A stretch of 64,000 bases of DNA from an uncultured candidate division Zixibacteria bacterium (GCA_963735035.1 CAVTJJ010000003.1:320001-384000); one strand, 5' to 3'. Shown: positions 49,512 to 59,507, counted from the first letter of the stretch. Numbers and translations: made by a program. The notes: generated by a model from the letters alone, not told the origin.

Positions 49512-50144
49512 CTACCGGATACCCAACAGAAACAATAGATGAGGACAGCGCCTCAACAGCTCTTTACGGACCCGCGAACGAGCCCGATGCAGATACCACC
49601 GTACGGTCGCCTCTGGCATGTCGAGGATCCCAGCGACATCGTCGACCTTGCGCTGGCCCAAATCGCGAAGGACGAAAGTCGAGCGCTGCTTGGGATTCAG
49701 CTTATGAGTGGCAACCTGAATTTCCTTCCGAAGCCGCTGCCGAAGATAGGTCAACTCGGGGCCCAGGTCCGGACGGTCTTCGAGATCGGTAAGATTTTCC
49801 AGCGATTCGTGGTGATGGCGTTGATTGCGGCGGATGTGGTCGATGCTCGCGTTGACCGTGATCCGGTAAAGCCAGGTATAGAACTTCCTGGCGGGGTCAT
49901 ACCGGTCGATATTCTTCGCCATCTTGACGAAAACATCCTGCGCAATATCGGCCGCTTCGTCATAATCGCGAACCATACGGTAGGCCAGGGCAGTCACCGG
50001 ACTGCGATAACGCGTCACAATCTTGGCGTAAGCTCGTTGATCACCTTCACGAAAAGCGGCTACGAGACGGCGAATCTCTCGTTCGTCTTCGGGCGACGCT
50101 TCTGGCGCCGCCAACGGTACTTGTTTGGTTTCTACTTTGGCCAT
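49512..50144 (-). CDS. ECF RNA polymerase sigma factor
   Basis: DIAQDVF, FYTWLYRITVN, VAGILDMPEATVRWYLHRAR; ATG 50144 after AGGAG. Confidence 0.92.
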   Translation of the reverse strand: MAKVETKQVPLAAPEASPEDEREIRRLVAAFREGDQRAYAKIVTRYRSPVTALAYRMVRDYDEAADIAQDVFVKMAKNIDRYDPARKFYTWLYRITVNASIDHIRRNQRHHHESLENLTDLEDRPDLGPELTYLRQRLRKEIQVATHKLNPKQRSTFVLRDLGQRKVDDVAGILDMPEATVRWYLHRARSRVRKELLRRCPHLLFLLGIR

Positions 50145-50268
50145 ATCGCTCCTACTCGGCCCGTCCACATCATACTGAAACCAACCGAACCTTGATAAAG
50201 TTAACGCTACGACCGCAATCAAACAAGGATAAAAATGATCTTCTTTCGATTAGTTGGGAACCGGTCAC

Positions 50269-50293
50269 AAAAAAGCCCCGCCGGAGCGGGGCT
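50269..50293 (-). terminator. Rho-independent terminator after the M23 peptidase gene
   Basis: Minus strand AGCCCCGC-TCCG-GCGGGGCTTTTTTG. Confidence 0.85.
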
Positions 50294-50320
50294 ATCTCGT
50301 TATCAAATTTGTAATTAGGC

Positions 50321-51223
50321 CTACATGTCGCCGATGATATAATCGGCCGGGTTGAGGCACTTTCCGTTCAACCAGACTTCGTAGTGAAGGTGCGGGCCGG
50401 TCGAATAGCCGGTGGAACCCATCAGACCGATGGTCTCGCCACGCTCGACCATCTGGCCGCGCTGGACATTGACCGCCGAAAGGTGGCCGTAACGGGTCAC
50501 AAACCCATACCCGTGATCGATTTCGATAAACTTACCAAGTTCACGGTCGATGAGGACAGTCTTCACACGCCCGGACGCCGGGGCGACAATTGGCGTTCCG
50601 ATATTGTTGGAAATATCAAGACCACGGTGCAGACGGCGATACCCGGTAAACGGGTCGTTCTGCATACCGTAGCCGCGCGACAACCAGCCTCTTACCGGCC
50701 AAACTGACGGAGTGTGATCCAGGCGATCCTTCAGATCGGCCAGACCGGTCTCCAATTCGGCGTATTTCTCCAATTCGAAATTGGACAGGCGCAACAGGCG
50801 ATCGATTTGAGCTTCGCTCGTAACCGCCATCTGTACAGTCTGATCAACCACCGGGGGAACGAATTCATTCGGGCCACCGACGCCCAACTGTCGTTCCTGA
50901 GTGTTGATTTCCGGCAGGCCGAAAGCGTTACGTATCGCTATCTCTTTCTGCACCAACTCGCTATAACGAGCGTCGGCCTTGTCCAGATCTCCCCTGAGTT
51001 CCTGGTACTTACCAGCCAGATCCTGATTTTCAGCCTGAAGGCGAGCCAGTTCGGCTTGGTCCACAGCACCGGTCAGGTAGGCCGAGGCAAAGAACAGCGT
51101 GAGCAACAGCAGAGCGGCGATTCCTATCAAGCCGCCCCACAGATACCACACACGGACAGTAAGTTGTCGAGACAACCTACTTGAGTCCGGTACGACGATA
51201 AATGTCAATATTCTGCTAAACAT
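50321..51223 (-). CDS. M23 family metallopeptidase with TM and coiled coil
   Basis: HRGLD, TRYGHL, GSTGYSTGPHLHYEV. Confidence 0.95.
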   Translation of the reverse strand: MFSRILTFIVVPDSSRLSRQLTVRVWYLWGGLIGIAALLLLTLFFASAYLTGAVDQAELARLQAENQDLAGKYQELRGDLDKADARYSELVQKEIAIRNAFGLPEINTQERQLGVGGPNEFVPPVVDQTVQMAVTSEAQIDRLLRLSNFELEKYAELETGLADLKDRLDHTPSVWPVRGWLSRGYGMQNDPFTGYRRLHRGLDISNNIGTPIVAPASGRVKTVLIDRELGKFIEIDHGYGFVTRYGHLSAVNVQRGQMVERGETIGLMGSTGYSTGPHLHYEVWLNGKCLNPADYIIGDM

Positions 51224-51354
51224 CCGTTATTCAACAGCTTTGTGCCTTAAATCAGTATGTCACTATTATGATCTGACAGTACGATCCAGCACGTGTAAGG
51301 AACGTTGAACCTAGGCCGCACGCGATACTTAGTCAAGCAAAAATGTGCGGGAGT

Positions 51355-51504
51355 TTATTTGATCAGGACATATTCCTGATTCAGCACCTTGTTCACGATC
51401 TCGGTCAGCTTGTGAGCTTGAAGGCTCTGCAAGCTGTACAGGTGCCAATAGCGCTTCGGGGGTCGCACTACTCGGGTATCCTTCTTGATGGACTTACCTG
51501 CCAT
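51355..51504 (-). CDS. Small basic hypothetical protein (49 aa)
   Basis: AAGGAG RBS 6 nt before the ATG; MAGKSIKK...KLTEIVNKVLNQEYVLIK. Confidence 0.6.
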   Translation of the reverse strand: MAGKSIKKDTRVVRPPKRYWHLYSLQSLQAHKLTEIVNKVLNQEYVLIK

Positions 51505-51899
51505 TGCCAACTCCTTCGGAACAACCCCCGCCCGAGAGGTGTTGGCTCTTCGCCATACCTTGTACATTATATCGGGCGAACGGCTGAGTTAGTTTATCAA
51601 TGTCCACGCTACGGATTTGCATTTGGCGTGCCGCTTTAGCTATTTCCTGGTCCAAATCCCCACCCAAGGCGCGGTTCGTTGAATAACAATGGCTTACGTA
51701 AGTTATTGCGTTATAACAGGCTGAAATGCTGTTCAGAATCTGAACACTTGGAGCCGTCTGGGGCAGGAGAAAAAGGCCGCCTGCTCAAAAAACGCTGTGC
51801 AAAATCTGAAAATCCGCAATTCTCTGCTCACTGCCCAGCAGGCCCAAACGCTCTGCCAGTCAACAAGTCCGGCCGCTTCTATCGTCTTTGCGAGTGGAG

Positions 51900-52130
51900 C
51901 TGCCCGCTGTCAGGCGGGGTTTTTTGTGGGCGGCACACGTCCCCGTGTGCCCCGCTTCAAGGGGCAGACCAGGAGGTCTGCCGCCCACTGAAGGCCGTTG
52001 ATCCGCCGCGGCGGACCGGGCACTTGACTAAACGGCGAGCCGGGCACTTTAGTAACGTCGTTGCAGCGGAGCCTGCCCCCGGCTTGACCGGGGGTCTTGC
52101 CCCCCGCCGCGGGGCGTGTGACCTGCCGCT
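51900..52130. repeat. Mosaic REP cluster
   Basis: TCCGCCGCGGCGGACCGGGCAC, GCCTGCCCCCGGCTTGACCGGGGGTC and several short hairpins. Confidence 0.7.
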
Positions 52131-52227
52131 CGCAGAGAACTCCTTTTCAACTGTCCTATTTGACACTCGCCCGACTTCGTCCTACATTGGCTCCCATTCC
52201 AAGCGAAGGTACTTAGAAGGACAAAAG

Positions 52228-52986
52228 ATGAATCTAACCGACAGAATCGTACTGGTAACCGGCGCATCGTCCGGCATCGGCCGGGCTACCGCCGTCAAAT
52301 TCCACGAACTCGGCGCCCGCGTAATCCTGACCGCCCGGCGCGAAGATCGCCTCAAAGAACTGGCCAAGGAGCTCAAAGACCGGGTGCACGTCGCCAAGTT
52401 GAACGTCCGCAACCGCACCGAAGTCGACGCCTTTATCGCCGGACTGCCGCGCGAATGGCAGGCAATCGATATCCTGGTCAACAATGCCGGCCTCAGCCGG
52501 GATATGAGCAAACTCCACGAAGGCCGTCACGATTCCTGGGAAGACATGATTGATACAAATGTCAAGGGGCTGCTCTGGGTCAGCCGGGCGGTGATTCCGG
52601 GGATGATTACCCGTGGCCGGGGGCATGTGATCAATGTCGGCTCGATTGCCGGTCACGAGGTCTACCCCGGCGGCAACGTCTATTGCGCGACCAAGTTTGC
52701 GGTCGACGCCCTGACCAAGGGGATGCGAATCGATCTGGTGGATACCCCGGTTCGGGTGACGACGGTCGATCCGGGGATGGTCGAAACCGAGTTCTCGGAA
52801 GTTCGGTTTTACGGCGACAAAGAACGGGCTAAGAAGACTTATGCCGGGATAACCCCTTTGACGGGTGACGACGTGGCCGATTCGGTGGTTTGGGCAGCGA
52901 CCCGGCCAGAGAATGTCCAGATCGCCCAGATCGTGATTTTGCCGAAAGCCCAGGCCTCCGTGATGGTGAATTATAGGAAGCCGTGA
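52228..52986 (+). CDS. Short-chain dehydrogenase (YdfG-like, NADP-dependent)
   Basis: TGASSGIG, ARREDRL, NNAG, YCATK, PGMVETEFSEVRF. Confidence 0.93.
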   Translation: MNLTDRIVLVTGASSGIGRATAVKFHELGARVILTARREDRLKELAKELKDRVHVAKLNVRNRTEVDAFIAGLPREWQAIDILVNNAGLSRDMSKLHEGRHDSWEDMIDTNVKGLLWVSRAVIPGMITRGRGHVINVGSIAGHEVYPGGNVYCATKFAVDALTKGMRIDLVDTPVRVTTVDPGMVETEFSEVRFYGDKERAKKTYAGITPLTGDDVADSVVWAATRPENVQIAQIVILPKAQASVMVNYRKP

Positions 52987-53152
52987 CGGGTTTGGTGCCC
53001 CAGGGCTTGCCCTGGGATTCTTGTAGGTCGGCGTTTCCGAAGTTCGAGCGAAGCGAGAACTGAGAAAACCCGAGGTGTCCCGTGCGCACAGAGTAATCGG
53101 ATATCACCCGGCAAGCGGCTGGGCCACCCGGGCCGTAGGGCAGGACCGCAGA

Positions 53153-53608
53153 CTAACGAGTTGCATCTTGTCGAGACGTTTCGTCAGATGCCACACGCCT
53201 TGCTTTGAGTACTAGCTTGTTAATATTCTCAGGGAGCACCGCCAGCAAGAACTCAATTTCTGGCGGGAAGCGGCCAGATTGCTTCTCCTTCTCAAAGTGC
53301 TCGATCATTGAATTCTCTGTGAAAATCATGAAGCGTTGCTCGACTCCCCTCACGTTCAGAAGATACAGAGCGTCAGCCTTCAGTTTTAGAATCTTCCCGA
53401 TAGCGGCATTGCCGGTAGCTGTACGAGCAGCACTTGTGGAGATTAGGCCAACAATCTTTCCGTCTTCACTCACAGCGTCAAACGCGAATTGGCCTCCCCA
53501 CTTCAGGGTGAGCTTCCTGCCTGAGAATGATTTGCCCGCAAAGTGGTCGGCAAGATAATGCGATACAATCCATTCTTCGGCGACGTGCTGTGCTGATGTG
53601 TCGGCCAT
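53153..53608 (-). CDS. Hypothetical protein, possible PD-(D/E)xK nuclease fold
   Basis: AEE helix, FAFDAVSEDGKIVGLIST beta-hairpin, KLKAD helix. Confidence 0.55.
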   Translation of the reverse strand: MADTSAQHVAEEWIVSHYLADHFAGKSFSGRKLTLKWGGQFAFDAVSEDGKIVGLISTSAARTATGNAAIGKILKLKADALYLLNVRGVEQRFMIFTENSMIEHFEKEKQSGRFPPEIEFLLAVLPENINKLVLKARRVASDETSRQDATR

Positions 53609-53781
53609 GAAGGGTAACCCTACAATCTGCTGAGGTTTGTATCTAGCTCATGATTTTCTGTATCATCGCCCCGCGCATCCGGATTGCATGATGGAATATA
53701 GTCTCGGCGATCAGTCGGCGTCAATCAGAATACAGCAGTCGGGCTGTGTGTGTGAAGGGTGTTACGGTCAACAAATAAATC

Positions 53782-53819
53782 TTGACGCTGTCACAAAAAC
53801 TACCTATTATTCGTGACAG
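53782..53819 (+). promoter_or_regulatory. Sigma70 promoter with overlapping inverted repeat (likely AbiEi operator)
   Basis: TTGACG-N17-TATTAT; CTGTCAC (53788) and GTGACAG (53813) inverted repeat. Confidence 0.7.
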
Positions 53820-53835
53820 ACAAGGTGCCAACATA

Positions 53836-54435
53836 ATGCCGCAAGATATTATACGACAAATACTTGCAAGGATATACGGCTACGGTAGGGGTAACGTCTT
53901 TACTCCAAATAGTTTTCTCGACCTAACGAGCCATGAAACTGCAAGACAAGCGCTTTCGCGTCTGACCAAGCAAGGCACTATCCGCCGGCTCATGAGAGGG
54001 GTCTACGAGTACCCTGCCTATAGCAAACTGCTCAAAGCTCCGGCTAGCCCGGACCCGGACGCCATCGCCAGAGCCATTGCCAGAGCTCACGGATGGACGA
54101 TTCTGCCTTCCGGCAATACCGCGTTGAACCTCCTCGGTCTGTCCACGCAAGTTCCTGCGAAGTGGGAGTATTTCAGCGACGGCCCGACCAAGACCTACAA
54201 ATGGAGTGGTGGGACTGTCGCCTTCAAACGTCGAGCCAACAAAGAGACAACCATCCTCTCACCCAAGACCGCTCTGCTAGTCCAGGCGCTCAAAACCCTC
54301 GGGGAGAGCAACGTCGATCGGTCAACTATGACTACGCTACGAAAGAGACTGAGCGAGAAGGAGCGGAAATGGGCCGTTAGAGAGGCGCGGTTTGTCACTT
54401 CGTGGGTCTATGAGAGAATCAAACAACTGGCCTAA
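53836..54435 (+). CDS. AbiEi-type antitoxin (DUF6088-like wHTH)
   Basis: VFTPNSFLDL, ALSRL, IRRLMRGVY, SGNTALNLLGLSTQVP, SDGP. Confidence 0.88.
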   Translation: MPQDIIRQILARIYGYGRGNVFTPNSFLDLTSHETARQALSRLTKQGTIRRLMRGVYEYPAYSKLLKAPASPDPDAIARAIARAHGWTILPSGNTALNLLGLSTQVPAKWEYFSDGPTKTYKWSGGTVAFKRRANKETTILSPKTALLVQALKTLGESNVDRSTMTTLRKRLSEKERKWAVREARFVTSWVYERIKQLA

Positions 54436-54453
54436 AGGGATTGGGGGATCTGT

Positions 54454-55458
54454 TTGCGTAACGTAGCCCTCCTTCCTGAAAACGACCGTAAAGAACTTCT
54501 TCGGGGCACAGCCCAACAGATGCAAGTGCATGAGGCCATCATCGAGAAAGATTTCTGGGTCTGCTGGATTCTTGACTACCTGTTTCATGACAGCCCGTGG
54601 AAAGATAGTCTCGCATTCAAGGGCGGGACTAGTCTCTCCAAGGCCTACAGTGCCATTGAGAGATTCTCCGAGGATATTGACCTGATCCTGGATTGGAAAC
54701 TGCTCGGCTATACCGAAAACGAGCCTTGGGAAGACCGCAGCGCAACGAAACAGGACACATTCGGCAAGGAAGCCAATCGCCGGACGGCGCAGTTTCTTGC
54801 GAAGGAACTTGCGCCAAAACTAAGCACCGATCTGAAAACCCGGGTCGGCAAAGAAATTGGCACAGAGGCGGCGGGTCAGGTAGTGCTCATAAATTATCCG
54901 AAGACGTTTTCTCTGGAGGCGATACAGCCACAGATAAGACTCGAAATTGGACCATTAGCTGAATCGGTGCCAAATGAACAGCGCGAGATTCTTTCTCTTG
55001 CTGCCGTGAAGTTTCCAGAGCTTTTCAAACGGCCATCGACCACCGTTACAACCGTTCTGGCGGAGCGAACCTTCTGGGAAAAAGCAACCATCCTGCATCA
55101 GGAAGCACACCGGGGTAAGGACAAGACGCTACCTCCCCGCTATTCAAGGCACTACTATGACCTTTATCGTCTGAGCCGTATGTCGATTAGAACTGCCGCG
55201 CTGACCAATTTCATGCTATTGCATGAAGTAGCGCGGTTCAAGATGAAGTTCTATCGGTGCCCCTGGGCGAGATACGAGGAAGCGAAACCTGGCACACTGA
55301 AGCTACTTCCACCGAGTCATCATGTTGCTGACTTGAGGAAGGATTATAACTCCATGCAGACGATGCTTTTTGGACACATACCGACATTCGATGCGATCAT
55401 GGAGGGGCTCGCTGCACTGGAAGCTGAAATCAATGACCAAGGTCACATTCGCCAGTGA
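54454..55458 (+). CDS. AbiEii/AbiGii nucleotidyltransferase toxin (type IV TA)
   Basis: IEKDFWV, FKGGTSLSK, ERFSEDIDL, ERTFWEK, SRHYYD. Confidence 0.92.
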   Translation: MRNVALLPENDRKELLRGTAQQMQVHEAIIEKDFWVCWILDYLFHDSPWKDSLAFKGGTSLSKAYSAIERFSEDIDLILDWKLLGYTENEPWEDRSATKQDTFGKEANRRTAQFLAKELAPKLSTDLKTRVGKEIGTEAAGQVVLINYPKTFSLEAIQPQIRLEIGPLAESVPNEQREILSLAAVKFPELFKRPSTTVTTVLAERTFWEKATILHQEAHRGKDKTLPPRYSRHYYDLYRLSRMSIRTAALTNFMLLHEVARFKMKFYRCPWARYEEAKPGTLKLLPPSHHVADLRKDYNSMQTMLFGHIPTFDAIMEGLAALEAEINDQGHIRQ

Positions 55459-55473
55459 TGCTGTGGTTTGAAC

Positions 55474-55632
55474 TCAGCGAGCTGTGGGGTACCCCTTCTC
55501 GGGGGCAGACGAGGACCCCGGATCAAGTCCGGGGCAGGCTTTGCCGCCCACAAATAAATGGTGGGCCACCTGACATTCCCACCCTTAGGGTGGGCCACCA
55601 GACATTCCCCACCATAAGTGGTTGACCACCCG
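55474..55632. repeat. REP cluster with three tandem ~29-bp CCCACC..GGTGGGCCACC units
   Basis: Units at about 55547, 55578 and 55607; same family at 57985-58023 and 59437-59494. Confidence 0.8.
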
Positions 55633-55647
55633 AACCACCCGACTCAA

Positions 55648-56667
55648 TCAGAAATTCCAGACGAAGTCTATATAGGGTATGAAGTCGGTCTCGTCGTCGG
55701 AGTCGTCCGTGTACTGTGGATCGAGCGAGTCATCGCGGTTGTTGCTTGATGATGAGGTGGCAACTCCAAAGTCAAACGTCATCTCCTTGCTGAGGAATCT
55801 CAATCCGCCCAATAACAGCATCCCGTTCTCGTTTTCACCGGGGACGAACCAGCCCTCGCCCACGACCGATAAGCGTGCTGCCAACCGGTATTCCCCGCCC
55901 AGGGTGCCGGCCGGTTTCTTCATCATGCCATGTTCGCTCCAGGCCAGACCTAGTCCACCGGTCAGACTGGCATCTTCGGTGCCGAAGGTCATGTTGCCCA
56001 GACCAAAATAGAGCGTTTCATTCCATATTCTGAAAATCATCAAGCTGGCTGCCAGATCGACCTGGTCGCTTGCCGCGAACCCGACTTTCGGAATGAAATA
56101 GAAGAATTGATTGTCGATGCCGGGGATGATTGATATTCCTCCAGAGACCGAAATGTTGTCGGTTATGCCGTACGCCAGTCCCGGAAAGAATATCCACAGG
56201 TCGAAGAAGTACCCCTTGCCCGCTTTCAGTGGCCTCGCATTGGGCGCAATTAGCAAACGAGTGCTGTTGGGGTTGGGAAACCAGCCGGGATGGCTCGACT
56301 CGGCAGCGGCCGGCTCATCTTTGGCTTTTGCTACCACCTTGACTTCCTCGACCGGTTTGGCAACCTCGACTTTCTTGGTTTCCTCGACCGGCTTGACTTC
56401 CTTGACCTCCTTAGACTCACTTACATCGGCGATCTTTTCGATCAAGATAGACATCAGTCCAAATTGGGTCTGGAACTCGATCTTTTCAGCGGTGATCATG
56501 GTTGTCTTGCCCACGAGCTTGGAGCCGTCGGTGAGCGTGACGGTCTGTGTGACACCCTCGGGGGGAATCCGAAGCGTCCCGGTATAAGCCAGAGCGCCGG
56601 CGGTCATGATAAAGACAAGGCCTGTCGCTATTGTCGCAAACAACATCATTCTCAGCATCTGTTGCAT
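55648..56667 (-). CDS. Putative outer-membrane protein
   Basis: Signal peptide, EVK-rich linker, amphipathic beta strands, terminal FVWNF. Confidence 0.75.
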   Translation of the reverse strand: MQQMLRMMLFATIATGLVFIMTAGALAYTGTLRIPPEGVTQTVTLTDGSKLVGKTTMITAEKIEFQTQFGLMSILIEKIADVSESKEVKEVKPVEETKKVEVAKPVEEVKVVAKAKDEPAAAESSHPGWFPNPNSTRLLIAPNARPLKAGKGYFFDLWIFFPGLAYGITDNISVSGGISIIPGIDNQFFYFIPKVGFAASDQVDLAASLMIFRIWNETLYFGLGNMTFGTEDASLTGGLGLAWSEHGMMKKPAGTLGGEYRLAARLSVVGEGWFVPGENENGMLLLGGLRFLSKEMTFDFGVATSSSSNNRDDSLDPQYTDDSDDETDFIPYIDFVWNF

Positions 56668-56965
56668 AGATTCCTCACTTTATGGAACTGACAATATGAG
56701 TTCACTAGTGCCATTCGGTTGGCCAAAATTACTGTGACGACTTTCTCAGTGAATCCTGATAGACCAAAGAATGCCTGCTTGCACCGGATGTCAACAGATT
56801 TGCAAAAACCGAACAATACGTGTCCTGATTGTTGTACGAAGTCATTAGTCTTGACATCGCGTTGCTGTGGGGTTCATCCTATAGAACAACAAGTCACTCA
56901 ATTTCAGATTTTTTTGACATGCAGAAACGCGCGTTATAGGACAATCTTCGAACGAGGTTCGCATT

Positions 56966-57784
56966 ATGAAACCAGCGATCCGTGTCATGGCAGTCGTTTT
57001 CCTTTCGGCATTGCTTTTGGGACTTCTCCCGGCTTCGATCCGCGCCGAGCAGATTGGTCCGAGCTTTCAGAGCATAAGTACCTCGCCCGGTCTGTCGCTT
57101 CATAAGGACATGTTCATGCTCCCGATAACTTACTCCGAGGCATACGACGGTGAGCAAGTCGAGGCGGTGTTTCAGATAAGCGCCAAGCACCGTCTGTTCG
57201 ACACAAGATTATACTTCGCATACACCCAGATATCGTTCTGGCAGGCGTACGACCACAACAACTCGGCTCCATTTCGAGAAACCAATTACAATCCGGAGAT
57301 ATTCTATCGTTCCAAGTACTATCCGTTTTCGTCCGGTCAGGTCGGCGCAGATATCGGGGCCGAGCATGAGTCCAACGGGCAGAAGCCGCCGATCTCACGA
57401 AGTTGGAATCTTCTCTATTTTGCGCCGTATTACTTTCATTCGAATGTCCTTATCCACCTGAAGTTCCGCTACCGGATTCACGAAAAAGCCAAGCCGTTCC
57501 CCGGAGCGATGGAGGGCGACGACAACCCCGACATCACCGACTACCTGGGCTACAACGACCTGAACGTCTATTTCAGGTTCTGGACCAACCACATGCTGCA
57601 TCTCAAGGTCCGTGGCAATGTTAGTACGGGTAAGGGCAGCCTGGGGCTGAGCTTAAGCATCCCTGTCCCCAAGAGCCAGAGGAGCTGCTTTAGCATCAGG
57701 CTTACCCACGGTTATGGCGAGAGTCTTGTTGATTACAAGCGGCAGTTGACGCGCGTCGGCTTTGGTATCATGTTTGTCAGTTAG
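56966..57784 (+). CDS. pldA: Outer-membrane phospholipase A (OMPLA)
   Basis: FQISAK, YTQISFWQ, SAPFRETNYNPE, catalytic HESNG, SRSWN, GYGESLVDY. Confidence 0.93.
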   Translation: MKPAIRVMAVVFLSALLLGLLPASIRAEQIGPSFQSISTSPGLSLHKDMFMLPITYSEAYDGEQVEAVFQISAKHRLFDTRLYFAYTQISFWQAYDHNNSAPFRETNYNPEIFYRSKYYPFSSGQVGADIGAEHESNGQKPPISRSWNLLYFAPYYFHSNVLIHLKFRYRIHEKAKPFPGAMEGDDNPDITDYLGYNDLNVYFRFWTNHMLHLKVRGNVSTGKGSLGLSLSIPVPKSQRSCFSIRLTHGYGESLVDYKRQLTRVGFGIMFVS

Positions 57785-58023
57785 GTTGTGCTATCCCGAC
57801 ATGGTTATTATCGGGCGCTCGCACCAGCGAGCAGGCGTAACAGGCTGTCAAACGAGTGCATCCCTTTTGCCACCCTACCCACAGCAAGCTGTGGAGTACC
57901 AGATTGGCCGGCGTCATGCTTCGACAGGCTCAGCATGACGGTTCAGGAGCCTTTCCCACCCACCGGGCGAGCCACCTGATCTCCCCACCATAAATGGTGG
58001 GCCACCAGACACTCCCACCCATA

Positions 58024-59436
58024 GAGCCTGTTGAAAAAGCCAAGTTTTCGGGTGGTCATCATGCATCTTGTCTGATGACTGTGTAAGGTGCGATAAATGG
58101 TCTCAGAAACCGTAGAAGCCGTTCTATGAGTGTCCGTAGACGTCTCCAGAGCCAGTTGAACCCCGGCAGAGTGACAAAATGCGCCGCCAGGCGCTTCGAA
58201 TTGAGAACCGTGGCGACCAACAAGCACTGCACCTTCATCTTGGACAGACCACGCCGCCACGCCCGACTCAAGCCGTGCCATTGTTTGCTCTCCGCAAACA
58301 CCCCCTCGATCACCGGCGCCCGGGAACGATACAGCTTCTTGAAACTCTCCGTTTTGCTGTCGGCCCGAAGGCGAAGCAGTGAACTATGGTGTCTGGTAAC
58401 CTTGAGATGCCGGCGATCCGATATCGTGCACTGTGACTTCAACGGACAGCTCTGACAATCCGACCGTCGCGCTCGATATTCCCAACGTCCCCGCTGCTTC
58501 TCCGTTCGCACATACCGCAACACTTGTCCCGCCGGACACGTGAACTCATCATGCTCCTCGTCGTAGGTGAATTGCTCGATCGTAAAATAACCTTCCCCGG
58601 CACGGGTCGTCGCCTTCTGCGGCGGCGACACCAAACGGACACCGCGCGTCTCCATCTCATAGGCATTAAACCCACTCCCGTACGCCCCGTCCGCACACAC
58701 CGCTTCCGGTGACTCCCGCAGACGCGCCAACGCTCGGTCAACCAACCCCACCGCCTCGTCGTGCTCCGACACGTTCGCCGCCGTCACCGATACATCCAAC
58801 ACCACCCGCTTCTTGCCGTCCGCCACCGTGTGCTGCTTGTACCCCGGACGCAACTTCCCATCCGGAAACCGACCAAACCGCGCATCCGGATCGGGACTGT
58901 CAACCTGGTTGACACGGTCGGCAGACAGGTCCGCCCGGATCGTCGTAGCGTCGATATGTAGCACCTTCCCCTCAATCAACCCGCTCGCTTGACACTGACT
59001 CACACTCCGAGCGAACAACTCGTTGAACACCGCATCACCAAACCGATCCAACGCCTTCGACAACGTCGAATGATCCGGAAGCGACTCGTCCAGCCCGTAG
59101 CCGATGAACCAACGATAGGCCAGGTTAACCTGCACCTGACGCATTAACTCCCGCACGTGAGCGATCCCGTCCATCGCCTGGATCAAAAACAGCCGGATCA
59201 CCACCTCCGGATCGACCGACGGTCGACCGTTGTCTTGGCTGTATTTGTCCCGAACTACCTCGTGGACAAAACCCAGGTCCAAAACCCGATTCAACTTACG
59301 AAGATAGTGATCCTCGGGGATGAACGTCTCCAATGCCGGGAGAAGCATCATCTCATGTTGACTTCTCTCTCGCTTACTCTGCATCCCCTGCTTTAATACA
59401 ACTACCCCCAAAACTCAAGACTTTTTCAACAGGCCC
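58024..59436 (-). mobile_element. IS1182-family insertion sequence with 4-bp target duplication CATA
   Basis: IRs GAGCCTGTTGAAAAAG / CTTTTTCAACAGGCCC; CATA at 58020-58023 and 59437-59440. Confidence 0.92.
58059..59384 (-). CDS. IS1182-family transposase
   Basis: IPEDHYLR, GRPSVDP, NLAYRWF, PDHSTLS, IDAT, DPDAR, ADGAY, CPAG, CQSCPLKSQC, IEGVF. Confidence 0.95.
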   Translation of the reverse strand: MQSKRERSQHEMMLLPALETFIPEDHYLRKLNRVLDLGFVHEVVRDKYSQDNGRPSVDPEVVIRLFLIQAMDGIAHVRELMRQVQVNLAYRWFIGYGLDESLPDHSTLSKALDRFGDAVFNELFARSVSQCQASGLIEGKVLHIDATTIRADLSADRVNQVDSPDPDARFGRFPDGKLRPGYKQHTVADGKKRVVLDVSVTAANVSEHDEAVGLVDRALARLRESPEAVCADGAYGSGFNAYEMETRGVRLVSPPQKATTRAGEGYFTIEQFTYDEEHDEFTCPAGQVLRYVRTEKQRGRWEYRARRSDCQSCPLKSQCTISDRRHLKVTRHHSSLLRLRADSKTESFKKLYRSRAPVIEGVFAESKQWHGLSRAWRRGLSKMKVQCLLVATVLNSKRLAAHFVTLPGFNWLWRRLRTLIERLLRFLRPFIAPYTVIRQDA

Positions 59437-59507
59437 CATAGGGTGGGCCACCCAATCTACAAAACTCGACTCAGCCCATAAGTTGGGCCACCCGATCGCA
59501 CTTTTTC

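Noticed and set aside
51355..51504. Ribosomal protein L34 or another small r-protein
   Set aside because: Basic and short but lacks MKRT(F/Y)QP/HGF or any other r-protein signature.
51679..52227. 183-aa N-terminal extension of the SDR gene
   Set aside because: Runs through REP and promoter sequence; the Rossmann motif and an RBS support ATG 52228.
55547..55632. Tandem ~29-bp palindromic units as a CRISPR array
   Set aside because: No unique spacers, only three degenerate units, no cas genes, and the same motif is dispersed elsewhere.
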